Below, one piece after another: positions 1 through 9,819 of a stretch of DNA of 64,000 nt (position 1 is the first letter of the stretch; each line of letters starts with the position of its first letter). Location: assembly GCA_035625415.1 (NCBI GenBank), contig DASPPQ010000068.1, forward strand, positions 23,590-87,589. The letters are read 5' to 3'. The stretch comes from Thermodesulfobacteriota bacterium. Lineage in GTDB: Bacteria > Desulfobacterota > BSN033 > UBA1163. The notes beneath the pieces were generated by a model, which was given only the letters and a program-made list of their open reading frames with translations, was not told the origin of the DNA and did no database searches. A program made the translations under genes and the position numbers.

Positions 1-287
1 GACCTTCTCCATTCCGCTTTGGCAAGACGAAGGATTGCGGAGATGAGTGTTCCCGCGTGGCTGATCCCGATGAAGAAGACGAAGTTGGTGATGTAGACTC
101 CCCAAAAGATCGGCCTCGCCAGCCCGGTCACGCCCAACCCATGACCGTACTGATAAAGGTAAGCCCATATTGCCCAGAGAATGACAGCGATGAGGATGGA
201 GAGGGTGAGGTAGAATGGCTTTCCTGTCCTTCTGATGGGCTCGAAAAGAGCGGCGTCTTCTTCTAATTTCAACGCTTTTTCTTCCAT
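1..287 (-). CDS. NrfD/PsrC-like polytopic membrane subunit (ActC-like), N-terminal part; gene runs off window start
   Basis: Minus-strand ATG at 287 overlaps the stop of the upstream FeS gene (TAATG). Translation [30 protein letters not shown]...[22 protein letters not shown] is paralogous to the N-terminus of the NrfD-like protein at 50396-51691. No stop before position 1. Confidence 0.6.
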   Translation of the reverse strand, partial: MEEKALKLEEDAALFEPIRRTGKPFYLTLSILIAVILWAIWAYLYQYGHGLGVTGLARPIFWGVYITNFVFFIGISHAGTLISAILRLAKAEWRR

Positions 288-970
288 TACATTCCCTCTG
301 ACAGATAGATCACCTTAGGCTCCGTACCTAACTCTTCCATCAGTCTGAAGGCCCTCCTCTCACGTGAAAGGGTTGAGACGACGCTGTTGGGATCGTTCAG
401 ATCGCCAAAGTACATGGCGCCGCTCGGGCATGCCTGGACGCAGGCCGGGATATAATCTTCAGGCAGAAGGTCTCTTCCTTCAATCTTTGCCTTTTCTCTT
501 GCTCGGAGAAGACGGTGGCTGCAGAAAGTGCATTTCTCCACCACCCCCTTCGTTCTGACGGAGACATCTCGATTGAGGGAGCCTTTCAGTTCCCTTGGCC
601 ACTCGGGTGGATACCAGTTAAAGTATTTGACGGTGTAGGGGCAGGCGGTGGTGCAATAGCGGCAGCCAATGCATCGGTGATTGATCTGGCCCACAAGTCC
701 TTCTTCATTGATGTACGTAGCGTTGACCGGACAGACTTTTGTGCAGGGCGGATTGTCGCAATGCATGCAGGGGCGTGGAAGAAGCCTGGCTTTGATATGA
801 GGGTACTCCCCTTCGATATAAGAGATCAATTCGATCCAGTGAATGGTACGACCCTTGGCGGACTCTTCTGGCCCAATAATCGCCACATTGTTTTCTGCCT
901 GACAGGCGACCACGCAAGCCTGACAGGCGGTGCATTTATCTAAGTCAATGACCATTCCCCAGCGATGCAT
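287..970 (-). CDS. 4Fe-4S ferredoxin-type subunit of a complex iron-sulfur molybdoenzyme (PsrB/ActB2-like)
   Basis: 227 aa with four Cys clusters ([34 protein letters not shown]). Near-identical N- and C-termini to the paralog at 51681-52382. Confidence 0.8.
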   Translation of the reverse strand: MHRWGMVIDLDKCTACQACVVACQAENNVAIIGPEESAKGRTIHWIELISYIEGEYPHIKARLLPRPCMHCDNPPCTKVCPVNATYINEEGLVGQINHRCIGCRYCTTACPYTVKYFNWYPPEWPRELKGSLNRDVSVRTKGVVEKCTFCSHRLLRAREKAKIEGRDLLPEDYIPACVQACPSGAMYFGDLNDPNSVVSTLSRERRAFRLMEELGTEPKVIYLSEGM

Positions 971-982
971 CTAAAACCCCTT

Positions 983-1131
983 AAACTCGAAACGCGACAT
1001 CCGAAATTCGAAACAATTCTATCTATTCTATCTAAATGACCAAAATGAGACGTCCAACACATTGCTGTTTTGAAAATTCGCATTTGGAATTTGTTTGGGA
1101 ATTCGATATTCGCATTTCGAATTTCATATTT
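983..1131. repeat. Imperfect palindromic intergenic element with CCAAAT/CGAAAT-type arms (family copy A)
   Basis: Left arm ...catccgaaattcgaaacaattc, right arm atttggaatttgtttgggaattcgatattcgcatttcgaatttc. Same motif family as 3531-3677, 14532-14659, 41688-41807, 48130-48282 and 54895-55036. Confidence 0.5.
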
Positions 1132-1137
1132 TTACAG

Positions 1138-3519
1138 TTAGGCTTTATAAATTTTGACGCGCGTGGATTCATTGATCGGGTATCCGGTCAAAGGATCCAA
1201 ATCTCCCCCGATGAGTCGATAAGGATTTTCCCCCAGGTTTTCGGACCAGCGACCTCCGGATTTGTGTCCCTCGCCAAAAGGAATACTTGCGACCTCCGGC
1301 ATGGCTCCCTTATAAAGGATTGCCCTTGCTTTTATCTTCGCCTTCGGGGATTCCACCCATACCCAGTCTTTATCCTCGACCCCAAGCCGCTTCGCCGTCT
1401 CAGGATTGATCTCCACCCATGTTTCCCATCTCTCAAACACATAGGATCCGACGCTGGCTTGAAGCCAGGGCTGGTTGGCATTGCGGCTGCCTGTCAGCGT
1501 CATTGTTCTAAATATGTTGAGATGAAATGGATACTCTTTTTTATCAGTTCTCTTCTCCGATTCCTCCCAATGGGGGAAGAAAGAAACATCTTTAGGATCA
1601 TAGGCCAAGGGTGGATGAGTTTGCTTCAATCCCTGCGCATAGAACTCGAATTTTTTTGTGGGGGTTCGAAAAACCCGATCCCATTCCTTAAAGTCATAGA
1701 TGGGGTCCCACCATCCCCCTTTCTCTTGAAGCTGTTTCCAGAACTCATCAAAGGTTTTGTAGGAAGGGGCTGCCCAGCCCCCTCTCTCAAGTAGACGGGT
1801 CCAGGCTTGTTCAAACTGGAGGCCGAAGACGTCGCCCCGTTTTGCGTCGAAAACCCCTTTGATCCCGTAAAGCAAGACTTCCTTAAAATCACTCCAGGGA
1901 AAGGCCTTCTGGATCTCTCCCCCTAGGGATTTTGTGATTTGAAGGAGGATGTCACCCGTCGCTTTCGTTTGATAGAGCGGCTCAACGATGGGTTGCCGGA
2001 TTCCGAGAACTGGAAACCCTTTGTTCAAAGAGACAGGATCATCCTGCCATCTTTCAAGGGGCGTATGGTCGGGTAGAATAAGGTCTGCGAATAGGGTCGT
2101 GTCGTCCATGTAGGGGGAAAAACTGACAATCAAAGGAATTTCCACAAAGGCCTTTAAGAAGAGATCTGGATTCGGATTCGAAAAGAGAGGATTACTGTAG
2201 TAAATAAACAGGGCTTCCGGGCGATACGGTTTTCCAGAGGCCGCATTTCTGGCAAAGAAATAGGGTTGCTGGAGCATCACGGAAGATTTCTTCACGCCAT
2301 CGATTCTTTCGACTCGCAGTCCCTTTTCAGCGACAGCATCTTTTCCAAACGGCGGAAGCGACTGAAGGGGAACCGTTCTCGGTACGAGGAGCCCTCCCGA
2401 GGCATCGATGTTACCCGCCAATCCGTTCAGGATTGAAACGGCCATCTGTTGGAAAGGACGATCCCGGAAGCCTATGGCGATAGAGGGCTGGTTTGATGCA
2501 AACTCCCGGGCCAGCCGGATGATCGAATCAACGGGCACGCCTGTCCGCCGAGACACGACATCAGAGTCGTATTCCGAAAGGACAAATTCCTTGAAACCGA
2601 GATGTTCTTTTCCGCTTGGGTCCGTCCAATTTTCAAACCCGGAACTGAGACTGGCCACAAATTCTTTATGGTAAAGTCCCTCCTTAATCATCATATTTGC
2701 AATGCCGAGAGCCAACAACCCTTCGGTTCCGGGCTGGATTGGAAGCCACTCGTCCGCTTTGATGCCGGTGACGGAGAGGCGCGGTTCAATCTGGACCAAT
2801 TTACCACGGCGTTCCGAGTTTCCCCTCCTGAATTGCCCATAAGCACTTAGGGCCTGCACGGGAGACCAGTACGATTCGAGGAGGTCCGAACCAAAAGAGA
2901 GTATGTATCGGACATTTTCGAAGTCATAAGCGGGCAGGGAATGGATTCCCTGAGTGAGATAGAGGCCCTCCATGGTTGGGCCTTCCCATTGAAACTGATT
3001 ATCGATATAATTGGGCGATCCAAAGGTCTCGAGAAAACGTTCCCAAAGACCTCTCATCAACCCCCGGTATCTTCCTCCCAGAAGCACAAGGCGATGAGGC
3101 TCTCCATTTTTCCGGAGTTTTCTCAGTGATTCGGTAACAACGGAAAGCGCCTCATCCCATGAGACCGGTTGCCATCGACCTTCGCCTCTCCTGCCCGACC
3201 TCTTTAAGGGAGTGCGAATGCGGTCCGGATCGTAGAGACCTTGGAGGCTTGCAATCCCTTTGGGACAGAGAGTCCCACGGTTGACAGGATGGAGGGGGTT
3301 TCCAACGATGTTGACGGCCCATCCGTCAATAATTCTAGCCAGTATTCCGCAGCCGCCTGTGCATTGCCCGCAAACGGTAGGAATCCACCTTTCGACACCA
3401 GGAGGATTTAGATTCTTGGCGACTGGGAATTGGGACCATTTCCAGAAACCGCCCCCGAGGGCAATAGCGGTGCCGGCCCCTGCACCCATCTTCAAAAAAT
3501 CCCTACGGCTGAGTTTCAT
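1138..3519 (-). CDS. TAT-exported molybdopterin-oxidoreductase family subunit (PsrA/ActB1-like)
   Basis: Twin-arginine signal MKLSRRDFLKMGAGAG. N-terminal C-x2-C-x3-C...C motif (VCGQCTGGCG...CPKG). About 790 aa with MopB-like length and order. The 20 aa upstream of the TAT Met in the ORF track are translated repeat, so the start is placed at 3519. Confidence 0.8.
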   Translation of the reverse strand: MKLSRRDFLKMGAGAGTAIALGGGFWKWSQFPVAKNLNPPGVERWIPTVCGQCTGGCGILARIIDGWAVNIVGNPLHPVNRGTLCPKGIASLQGLYDPDRIRTPLKRSGRRGEGRWQPVSWDEALSVVTESLRKLRKNGEPHRLVLLGGRYRGLMRGLWERFLETFGSPNYIDNQFQWEGPTMEGLYLTQGIHSLPAYDFENVRYILSFGSDLLESYWSPVQALSAYGQFRRGNSERRGKLVQIEPRLSVTGIKADEWLPIQPGTEGLLALGIANMMIKEGLYHKEFVASLSSGFENWTDPSGKEHLGFKEFVLSEYDSDVVSRRTGVPVDSIIRLAREFASNQPSIAIGFRDRPFQQMAVSILNGLAGNIDASGGLLVPRTVPLQSLPPFGKDAVAEKGLRVERIDGVKKSSVMLQQPYFFARNAASGKPYRPEALFIYYSNPLFSNPNPDLFLKAFVEIPLIVSFSPYMDDTTLFADLILPDHTPLERWQDDPVSLNKGFPVLGIRQPIVEPLYQTKATGDILLQITKSLGGEIQKAFPWSDFKEVLLYGIKGVFDAKRGDVFGLQFEQAWTRLLERGGWAAPSYKTFDEFWKQLQEKGGWWDPIYDFKEWDRVFRTPTKKFEFYAQGLKQTHPPLAYDPKDVSFFPHWEESEKRTDKKEYPFHLNIFRTMTLTGSRNANQPWLQASVGSYVFERWETWVEINPETAKRLGVEDKDWVWVESPKAKIKARAILYKGAMPEVASIPFGEGHKSGGRWSENLGENPYRLIGGDLDPLTGYPINESTRVKIYKA

Positions 3520-3530
3520 CGTATACTCAC

Positions 3531-3677
3531 CAAACTCCAAATTCCAAATTCCAAATCCCAAATCCCAAGTAAATCCCAAGCACCAATTTCAAAATTTCGG
3601 AACGATTTTATTTGAATTTTGAATTTTGCAGATTGGAGTTTATTTGGAATTTGGTGCTTGTCATTTGGTGCTTTCCT
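3531..3677. repeat. Imperfect palindromic intergenic element with (CCAAAT)n left arm and (ATTTGG)n right arm (family copy B)
   Basis: ccaaattccaaattccaaatcccaaatcccaag...aagcaccaatttc // gaatttggtgcttgtcatttggtgcttt. The arms are reverse complements. Spurious ORFs on both strands translate it. Confidence 0.6.
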
Positions 3678-3679
3678 CA

Positions 3680-4186
3680 TTAGACATGGCATTCCAAGCA
3701 ATCATTCGTTACTTTGTTCTCGGAATGGCAGTTCATGCACCAATTCATCGTCATCTTCACCCATGGCCTGGAGGGTGGTCGCTCGCTTTCAGCAATATTT
3801 CCATGGCAGGTCTGACATGGCAGTTTTCCTAGAACCACATGCCGACGGTGGGAAAAGAAGACGTGATCGGGTTCTCCGTATATTCGTCTCCAGGAAATTT
3901 CTCGTCCCTTTTTTTGATATTGTCTGATCTTTTCTTCTTCTGAGGATTTGGTAACCGGTTCTTTATGGCATTCAAGGCAGGTGGTTAGGTCAGGCATTCC
4001 GGAAAAGTTTTGAGTTTTAAAATAACGGTGACAGGAGTCGCACTCTAACCCCTGTTCAATATGTTTCTTATGGTTGAAGGAGATCGGTTGGCCAGTCCTG
4101 GAGCCAATGCCCAAACGGATGAGGAGGAAGAGTATAAGGAACCCTGCCGCCAATCCAATAAGGAAAAATTTCATGCTGTGAGCCAT
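3680..4186 (-). CDS. Pentahaem c-type cytochrome (ActA-like)
   Basis: Five CxxCH motifs (CDSCH, CLECH, CQTCH, CMNCH, CLECH). N-terminal membrane anchor. Lies immediately upstream of the Mo/FeS subunit genes. Confidence 0.75.
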   Translation of the reverse strand: MAHSMKFFLIGLAAGFLILFLLIRLGIGSRTGQPISFNHKKHIEQGLECDSCHRYFKTQNFSGMPDLTTCLECHKEPVTKSSEEEKIRQYQKKGREISWRRIYGEPDHVFFSHRRHVVLGKLPCQTCHGNIAESERPPSRPWVKMTMNWCMNCHSENKVTNDCLECHV

Positions 4187-4345
4187 TTGGTCACTGCCGA
4201 GCTATCCGGAGGATCACCCGACTCCAATAGATCGAATCATAAACAACGATCGTTATTGCAATGAATCTTAAGGGGAAGGGTCTTACAAATCAATACACTA
4301 AATTATGTATTTTTAAAGCAAAAAAACTGTATTTTGAAAAGGCGC

Positions 4346-5650
4346 CTAAATTTTTTTGAAAGTGCCTTTTCTCCAGCCTTGATCTTCTTCTTCGCGCCTG
4401 AAGCTGCGTTCAATATAGCTAACGTGGCTGAATTCCCCTGCCTCAATGGGGATGGCCACCTTCATCAACAGGGTGAAGATGAGGAGCCCTGTTGCCCAGA
4501 TGCCGAAAGACACCATGAGCTCTAAGTGATTGGGAAAATATTCGAAGATTTCGCCGAGAGGATCCGGGACAAACCCGGGTATCACAAAACCGGGTCCCTT
4601 CTCGATCCATACCCCGATGATAATGAGTAAACAGCCCAAATTTAGGGTGGTTAATCGTTTCCGGGTTTGGGGAATCAGAAAGATGATGAATGCGATGACA
4701 TTCATCGTCATCGCCGACCATATCCAAGGCACGAGCTCCTTGTGGCCGTGGAGGCCTTCGAACAGGTATTTAAAGGCTGCAATATGAACCGTTTGAGAAT
4801 AATACTCCTTAAATATCTCGGCAGAGAGAAGAAACAGGTTGAGAAACATGGCGTAGGCGATTAGTTCTGATATCTTGAAGAGGGCATTATCCTCTATCTC
4901 TATATGGTGCACGGATACCTTCCGGATGATCTGAAAAATAATGATGATGATGGCAGGCCCTGAGCAGAAGGCACTGGCCAGAAACCTCGGGGCAAGGATC
5001 GATGCATTCCAGAAGGGACGGGCAGGAAGGCCATTATAAAGGAAGGCCGTGACAGTGTGGATGGCCACCGCCATGGGGATGGAGATTAAGATAAAAGGAA
5101 GAATAAACTTCCAGTTGGGCTCTTTCCGGTAGTAGAACTTGACTAAAAGGTAGATCGGGATAAGAAGGTTCAGGAATAGATAACCGTTGAGGGCAAGGAC
5201 ATCCCAGGCCAAAAGCGATTGGGGAAAGTTCATCAGTCCTATGAAAGGAAGCATGTGCCAGAATCGGTCGAGCCTCCCGAGGTCGACCATCACAAAGAGA
5301 ATGGCCATGACGATGGAGGAGGCGGCGAAGAGCTCACCGAGCACGACAATCTCTTTGATCGGCTTGAAATGGTAGACATAAGACGGAATGACCAGAAGAA
5401 CCGCGGCTGCAGCCGCCCCGACCAGATACGTGAAATTGGCAATGTAGAGGCCCCAGGAAACCTGATCATTCATTTTTGTTGCGATCAGACCTAAATCGTG
5501 TTGCCTCATATAAAATAGAAAACCCATGCCGATGATCGCCATGAGGGAGAAACACCAGGCATAGTACAGGCTGCTCCCTGTTACCACAAGGGTCAAGGTC
5601 CTCTTGTAAAAATGCCATGTTTCATTCAATATTTCCCGCAACTTTTCCAT
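4346..5650 (-). CDS. NrfD/PsrC-family integral membrane protein (ActF/ActC-like)
   Basis: 434 aa, highly hydrophobic with about 10 predicted helices. Lies between the TAT FeS gene and the pentahaem cytochrome gene. Confidence 0.6.
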   Translation of the reverse strand: MEKLREILNETWHFYKRTLTLVVTGSSLYYAWCFSLMAIIGMGFLFYMRQHDLGLIATKMNDQVSWGLYIANFTYLVGAAAAAVLLVIPSYVYHFKPIKEIVVLGELFAASSIVMAILFVMVDLGRLDRFWHMLPFIGLMNFPQSLLAWDVLALNGYLFLNLLIPIYLLVKFYYRKEPNWKFILPFILISIPMAVAIHTVTAFLYNGLPARPFWNASILAPRFLASAFCSGPAIIIIIFQIIRKVSVHHIEIEDNALFKISELIAYAMFLNLFLLSAEIFKEYYSQTVHIAAFKYLFEGLHGHKELVPWIWSAMTMNVIAFIIFLIPQTRKRLTTLNLGCLLIIIGVWIEKGPGFVIPGFVPDPLGEIFEYFPNHLELMVSFGIWATGLLIFTLLMKVAIPIEAGEFSHVSYIERSFRREEEDQGWRKGTFKKI

Positions 5651-5658
5651 ATGCTTTT

Positions 5659-6564
5659 CTATGCTTCAAAGAAGTAATAAAACTTCGGTTCTGTACCTAA
5701 ATCTTCCTTGAGCCTGAAGACCCGCTTTCGATCGATGATATACCGCATTTCGCTATTCGGGTCGAGGAGGTTGCCAAATTTCCTCGTTCCCGTAGGGCAA
5801 GCTTCCACGCAGGCGGGATACCTTCCTTGCCTTACGCGCTGGATACAAAACGTGCATTTTTCCACAGCACACTTCATTCTGGGTCGGTTTCCCAGGTAAT
5901 GGACGGAAGGGTTTATCTCCTCTCTCGGAATGTTTGGCTCCGCCCAGTTGAAAACCCTCCCTTTATAGGGACAGGCTGCGATGCAGTATCTGCAGCCGAT
6001 GCACCAGTTGTAATCAACCACGACGATACCGTCCGGTTCTTGCCAAGTGGCGTGGACAGGGCACACCTTCACACAAGGAGGCTCCTGACATTGCTGACAC
6101 TGAACGGGAAGATAGATAAATCCCTTTTCCGGAACGAGATCAGGATTGTAATAATGTTCTGAGTCTTCAAGATTGATCAGGTTTCCTCTTTTGAGCCTGA
6201 GAACCCTAATCCACTGAAGTTGAGGGTCATGTCGTGAATGGTTATTTTCTTTTACACAGGCGTAAACGCATCTTCGACAGCCAATACATCGGGAAAGCTC
6301 CAGGCCATATGCCCAAAGCGTGTCGGGAACTGCCTCCTGGGTGCTAATTTGAAATTTCCTTCCATACTTTTGCAAGTACCTCTCTTCCAGCTTGGCAATG
6401 ACGCGCCTCTTCTCTTCCAGTGTCATTTCCCGAAAATGTTTCTGTAAAAAGTCCTCGGCCTCCTCCTTCGTGCAGGAGGAGAAGAGGGGGATAGCAAGAC
6501 CTCCTAGGGCAGTCAGTGAAGCATTACGAAGAAACTCTCTTCGGGTGAAACGTCTATTTAGCAT
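5659..6564 (-). CDS. TAT-exported 4Fe-4S cluster protein (NrfC/DsrO/HmcB-like)
   Basis: RREFLRNASLTALGG twin-arginine signal. Four Cys clusters (CIGCRRCVYAC, CQQCQEPPC, CIGCRYCIAAC, CTFCIQR). Confidence 0.7.
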   Translation of the reverse strand: MLNRRFTRREFLRNASLTALGGLAIPLFSSCTKEEAEDFLQKHFREMTLEEKRRVIAKLEERYLQKYGRKFQISTQEAVPDTLWAYGLELSRCIGCRRCVYACVKENNHSRHDPQLQWIRVLRLKRGNLINLEDSEHYYNPDLVPEKGFIYLPVQCQQCQEPPCVKVCPVHATWQEPDGIVVVDYNWCIGCRYCIAACPYKGRVFNWAEPNIPREEINPSVHYLGNRPRMKCAVEKCTFCIQRVRQGRYPACVEACPTGTRKFGNLLDPNSEMRYIIDRKRVFRLKEDLGTEPKFYYFFEA

Positions 6565-7067
6565 TACGAATCCTTTGGTTTTATTGGTGGAGGCTCGGGT
6601 TTTATCGGTTTGAATTTTGGCTGGTGAGGATCGTGGCAGTGAGCACAGAGATAGTAGGTTCTCTTGCCGGATCCCATAAAGTATCCAGTTCTTTTTCCAT
6701 GAATGCCCGCCTTCCAGTCATTATACACAAAACCGTGGCATTCCCCGCAGAGCCGATAGCTTTCAGTGAAGGGAATCAAATCCCCATTATACAGCCGCAG
6801 TTTATCTCGATTCTTCGCATCATGGCAATCAAGACACCACCGCATCGACTCGGCGTGATGGAGCTTGATATCGGTGTGCTCTTCCTTCAAGACTCTCTTC
6901 TTCCGATTCACCTCCATCGAGGCATGACAGTTGCTGCAGGGAAACAATCCCTCTGTCATTGGAGGTGGAGCGACAGGGAACTCTTCGCCCGCCCCATTTG
7001 AAAAGGACGCAAAACAAAGCCCTAACGAAAGCATCCCCAATGCGATGGTCTTGACTGTTTTCTTCAT
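6564..7067 (-). CDS. Periplasmic tetrahaem c-type cytochrome
   Basis: Signal peptide MKKTVKTIALGMLSLGLCFASF. Four CxxCH motifs (CSNCH, CLDCH, CGECH, CAHCH). First gene of the minus-strand operon. Confidence 0.7.
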   Translation of the reverse strand: MKKTVKTIALGMLSLGLCFASFSNGAGEEFPVAPPPMTEGLFPCSNCHASMEVNRKKRVLKEEHTDIKLHHAESMRWCLDCHDAKNRDKLRLYNGDLIPFTESYRLCGECHGFVYNDWKAGIHGKRTGYFMGSGKRTYYLCAHCHDPHQPKFKPIKPEPPPIKPKDS

Positions 7068-7272
7068 TCGTGAACGGCAACTGGGCAGGAGAGAAGGAGT
7101 TTAGTCATTGATCCGAAAGACTGGTGCTACTAAAAACCTTCCCAATAAATCCAACAAAAAAACTTTATTATAATCTGTTAACATCTTCAACGACAAAAAG
7201 CAAATACTTTGGAATCCCGCTCCTTCTGCATCACAGCTTGCAAAGGGGCTGTCTATGTGATAATTTTTCTCC

Positions 7273-8070
7273 ATGCAGGTCGATATTCAACTGGTTCCAT
7301 CTCCACCGAATTCAGATGCCCTTTTAAATCGAACAGTCGTTGTCGTCGATGTTCTGAGAGCGACTTCTGTCATGGTCAATGCGATATCCCAGGGAGCCTT
7401 GGAGATTCTCCCTTTGGCCGGTGTGGAGGAGGCTCTTCAGATGGCTAAGGTTTTTCCGCGGGGTTCCGTGCTTTTAGGCGGGGAGAGGGAAAGTAAGAGT
7501 ATACCGGGATTTGATTTAGGGAATTCTCCCAAAGAGTATGTCGCCGAAAGTGTGAAAGGGAAGAAACTGATCCTGACGACGACCAACGGAACAAAGGCGT
7601 TTCATTTGGTTTCTTCCGGGAAAGAAGTTTTAGTGGGAAGTTTTCTTAACATTGGAGCCGTGGCACGGAGATGTCTTGAGTCAGGGAGGGAGCTGCTCAT
7701 TTTCCTCTCAGGGGATGAAGGAGGTTTTTCTCTGGAGGACACAGTCTGCGGAGGAATGTTGATCGGTCTGATCACAAAGAAAAGGAAGAAATCTATTTCT
7801 CTGACGGATGCCTCCAGATGCGCCCAGATTCTTTATCAAAGATTCAAAAATAATTTATTAGAAGCTTTTCACCTCTCCTATCATGGAAAACAGTTGATTA
7901 ACCGTGGTTTTGAGGATGACCTTGACTATTGCGCTCAAATCGATATTACCTCCCTTGTCCCCGTATTTAGAGAAGGGGTGATCAGGGCCCCCTCATCCCC
8001 ACCCTCTCCCGCGCGGGGAGAGGGGAAGGGTGAGGGGCGTTATGCGATGCAAATTGAGGAGAACGAGTGA
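7273..8070 (+). CDS. 2-phosphosulfolactate phosphatase (ComB) family protein
   Basis: VVVVDVLRATSVMVNA and LGNSPKE motifs are typical of the ComB family. ATGA overlap with the next gene. Confidence 0.5.
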   Translation: MQVDIQLVPSPPNSDALLNRTVVVVDVLRATSVMVNAISQGALEILPLAGVEEALQMAKVFPRGSVLLGGERESKSIPGFDLGNSPKEYVAESVKGKKLILTTTNGTKAFHLVSSGKEVLVGSFLNIGAVARRCLESGRELLIFLSGDEGGFSLEDTVCGGMLIGLITKKRKKSISLTDASRCAQILYQRFKNNLLEAFHLSYHGKQLINRGFEDDLDYCAQIDITSLVPVFREGVIRAPSSPPSPARGEGKGEGRYAMQIEENE

Positions 8071-8540
8071 TGCGACGCCGAGATCGGGAATTAAAGAATA
8101 AGGAAACCCTCTTAGCCATTTTAGAGCAGTCCCCTGTCGGAAGGATGGCCACCGTTAATCGAAAGGGCTATCCGGTGATCAAACCTGTCAACTTTATTTA
8201 TTGGAACGGAAGGATCTATCTCCACTCTTCAACGAAAGGGGAGAAGATCAGCGACATCCGTCGGGGCAGTTCCGTCTGTTTTGAAGTGGACGAGCCTATT
8301 GCCTACGTGGCGGCAGTGGAACCCGCCTGCAAGAGCACATATTACTATCGAAGCGTTATCGTCAAGGGAAGTGCTATCATTGTGAGTCAGGTTGACAGAA
8401 AATTGGAAATTCTCGAAAGACTGATGGAAAAATACCAGCCGGAGGGGGGCTACCAAGGAGTGGCCCCGGAGATTCTGAAGAGAACAGCGGTGATCGAAAT
8501 CTCTATTCGTGAAATGACCGGAAAGGAACATCTGGGTTAG
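8067..8540 (+). CDS. Pyridoxamine 5'-phosphate oxidase-like FMN-binding split-barrel protein
   Basis: 157 aa with a PNPOx/NimA-like pattern (GRMATVNRKGYPVIKPVNF...RIYLHSS). Translationally coupled to both neighbours. Confidence 0.5.
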   Translation: MMRRRDRELKNKETLLAILEQSPVGRMATVNRKGYPVIKPVNFIYWNGRIYLHSSTKGEKISDIRRGSSVCFEVDEPIAYVAAVEPACKSTYYYRSVIVKGSAIIVSQVDRKLEILERLMEKYQPEGGYQGVAPEILKRTAVIEISIREMTGKEHLG

Positions 8541-9761
8541 ATGAAATCTTCTGTCTCTATTGTCAAGTGCAAAGAATATGATGAAGAAAAGGTCTTGAGC
8601 GCGCTTCGCCAGGCCATCGACCTGATCGGAGGGATTCAAACTTTTGTAAACAAAGACAGTCGTGCTCGGCTCGGGGCGCTCTCCTCTCGGCGCTCGTCTC
8701 TCGGCAAAGCCGAGGGAAGCCGAGGGAAGCCACGGGTTCTCCTTAAACCTAATCTCCTTTACGGAAAACCTCCAGAAAAAGCTGTGACGACTCATCCCTC
8801 TGTCGTGAGGGGGATGATCCAGATCGTTCGAGAGGCGGGAGGAGTCCCTTTTATTGGAGATAGTCCTTCGGTCGGAAGTTTGACGAGGACGGCTGAGAAA
8901 GCTGGCATCAAGGCAGTGGCCGATAAGATGAAGTGCCCTCTTGTGGAATTCAACAGACCTGTTCTCCCTTTGAAAGGCGGAGGGAGAACATTTAGACAAT
9001 TGGAAGTTGACCAGACTGTTTTGGAAGCGGATGTGATCATCAACCTTCCTAAATTCAAAACCCATAGCCTGACGCTTCTCACCCTGGGGGTAAAGAACCT
9101 CTTCGGGTGTATCCCCGGACCTAAGAAAGCCTTATGGCATCTCAAGGCAGGAGATGATCGAAAAATCTTTGCCCAAATACTTTTTGATATCTCCCAGGTG
9201 ATCCAGCCCTCCCTCTCCATTTTGGATGGGATTGTGGGGATGGAAGGGAATGGACCGAATAGCGGCCGCCCGATTCCAATAGGATTGGTTCTGGCAAGCG
9301 GGGACCCCTTGAGTTTGGATCAGATCGTATGTGACCTGTTAGGGATTTCAAGGGAATCTCTGTTAACGAATCGTGTGGCGCTTGAACAGGGGATGGGAAA
9401 AGATCCGATTGAGGTTCTGGGGGAAAGGGTACAAGATCTTAAGATTTCCAACTTCCAGTTTCCAGCCCTCTCTCAGCCGGATTGGCACTTACCGGCAATC
9501 TTGAGAAAGGCGTTGAAGAATGCTCTGACTTCCAAACCAGTGATCGATGACGAAGTATGCAAGGATTGTGATCAATGTGCAAAGATCTGCCCACCCCAAG
9601 CCCTAACGAGAAAGGGAACGGATTTGATCTTTGATTACGGAGAATGCATTCGTTGCTTCTGTTGTCTTGAGGTCTGCTCAGAAGGAGCCATCTCGATCAA
9701 ACCAGGATGGGCCTTGAAGCTCGTCAGTGGAAGGTCGAAGGTGGAAAGTGGAAAGCAGTAG
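8541..9761 (+). CDS. DUF362 domain protein with C-terminal 4Fe-4S dicluster
   Basis: DUF362-like core plus CKDCDQCAKICP and CIRCFCCLEVC motifs. Contains a low-complexity insertion (SSRRSSLGKAEGSRGKPR) encoded by a short tandem gccgagggaa repeat. Confidence 0.5.
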   Translation: MKSSVSIVKCKEYDEEKVLSALRQAIDLIGGIQTFVNKDSRARLGALSSRRSSLGKAEGSRGKPRVLLKPNLLYGKPPEKAVTTHPSVVRGMIQIVREAGGVPFIGDSPSVGSLTRTAEKAGIKAVADKMKCPLVEFNRPVLPLKGGGRTFRQLEVDQTVLEADVIINLPKFKTHSLTLLTLGVKNLFGCIPGPKKALWHLKAGDDRKIFAQILFDISQVIQPSLSILDGIVGMEGNGPNSGRPIPIGLVLASGDPLSLDQIVCDLLGISRESLLTNRVALEQGMGKDPIEVLGERVQDLKISNFQFPALSQPDWHLPAILRKALKNALTSKPVIDDEVCKDCDQCAKICPPQALTRKGTDLIFDYGECIRCFCCLEVCSEGAISIKPGWALKLVSGRSKVESGKQ

Positions 9762-9819
9762 GTTGAAGGCAGTAAGCGGAAGGTAGCTGTAGCACCCTCA
9801 TTTACTGTGGGCGAAGATT

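Noticed and set aside
57-266. 69-aa plus-strand ORF at window start
   Set aside because: Lies antisense to the 5' part of the NrfD-like gene (1-287, minus) and has a low-complexity Asp/Glu-rich translation. Judged spurious.
3260-3927. Several short ORFs on both strands (e.g. 3430-3615, 3516-3701, 3619-3927) with FGIW/WNLEFG-rich translations
   Set aside because: They are translations of the CCAAAT/ATTTGG palindromic repeat and of the antisense strand of the pentahaem cytochrome gene. They are not genes.
8640-8720. Short tandem repeat gccgagggaa x2 and Ser/Arg-rich low-complexity insert inside the DUF362 gene
   Set aside because: It is in frame and only about 25 codons, so it is most likely a low-complexity linker or slippage expansion, not a separate element.
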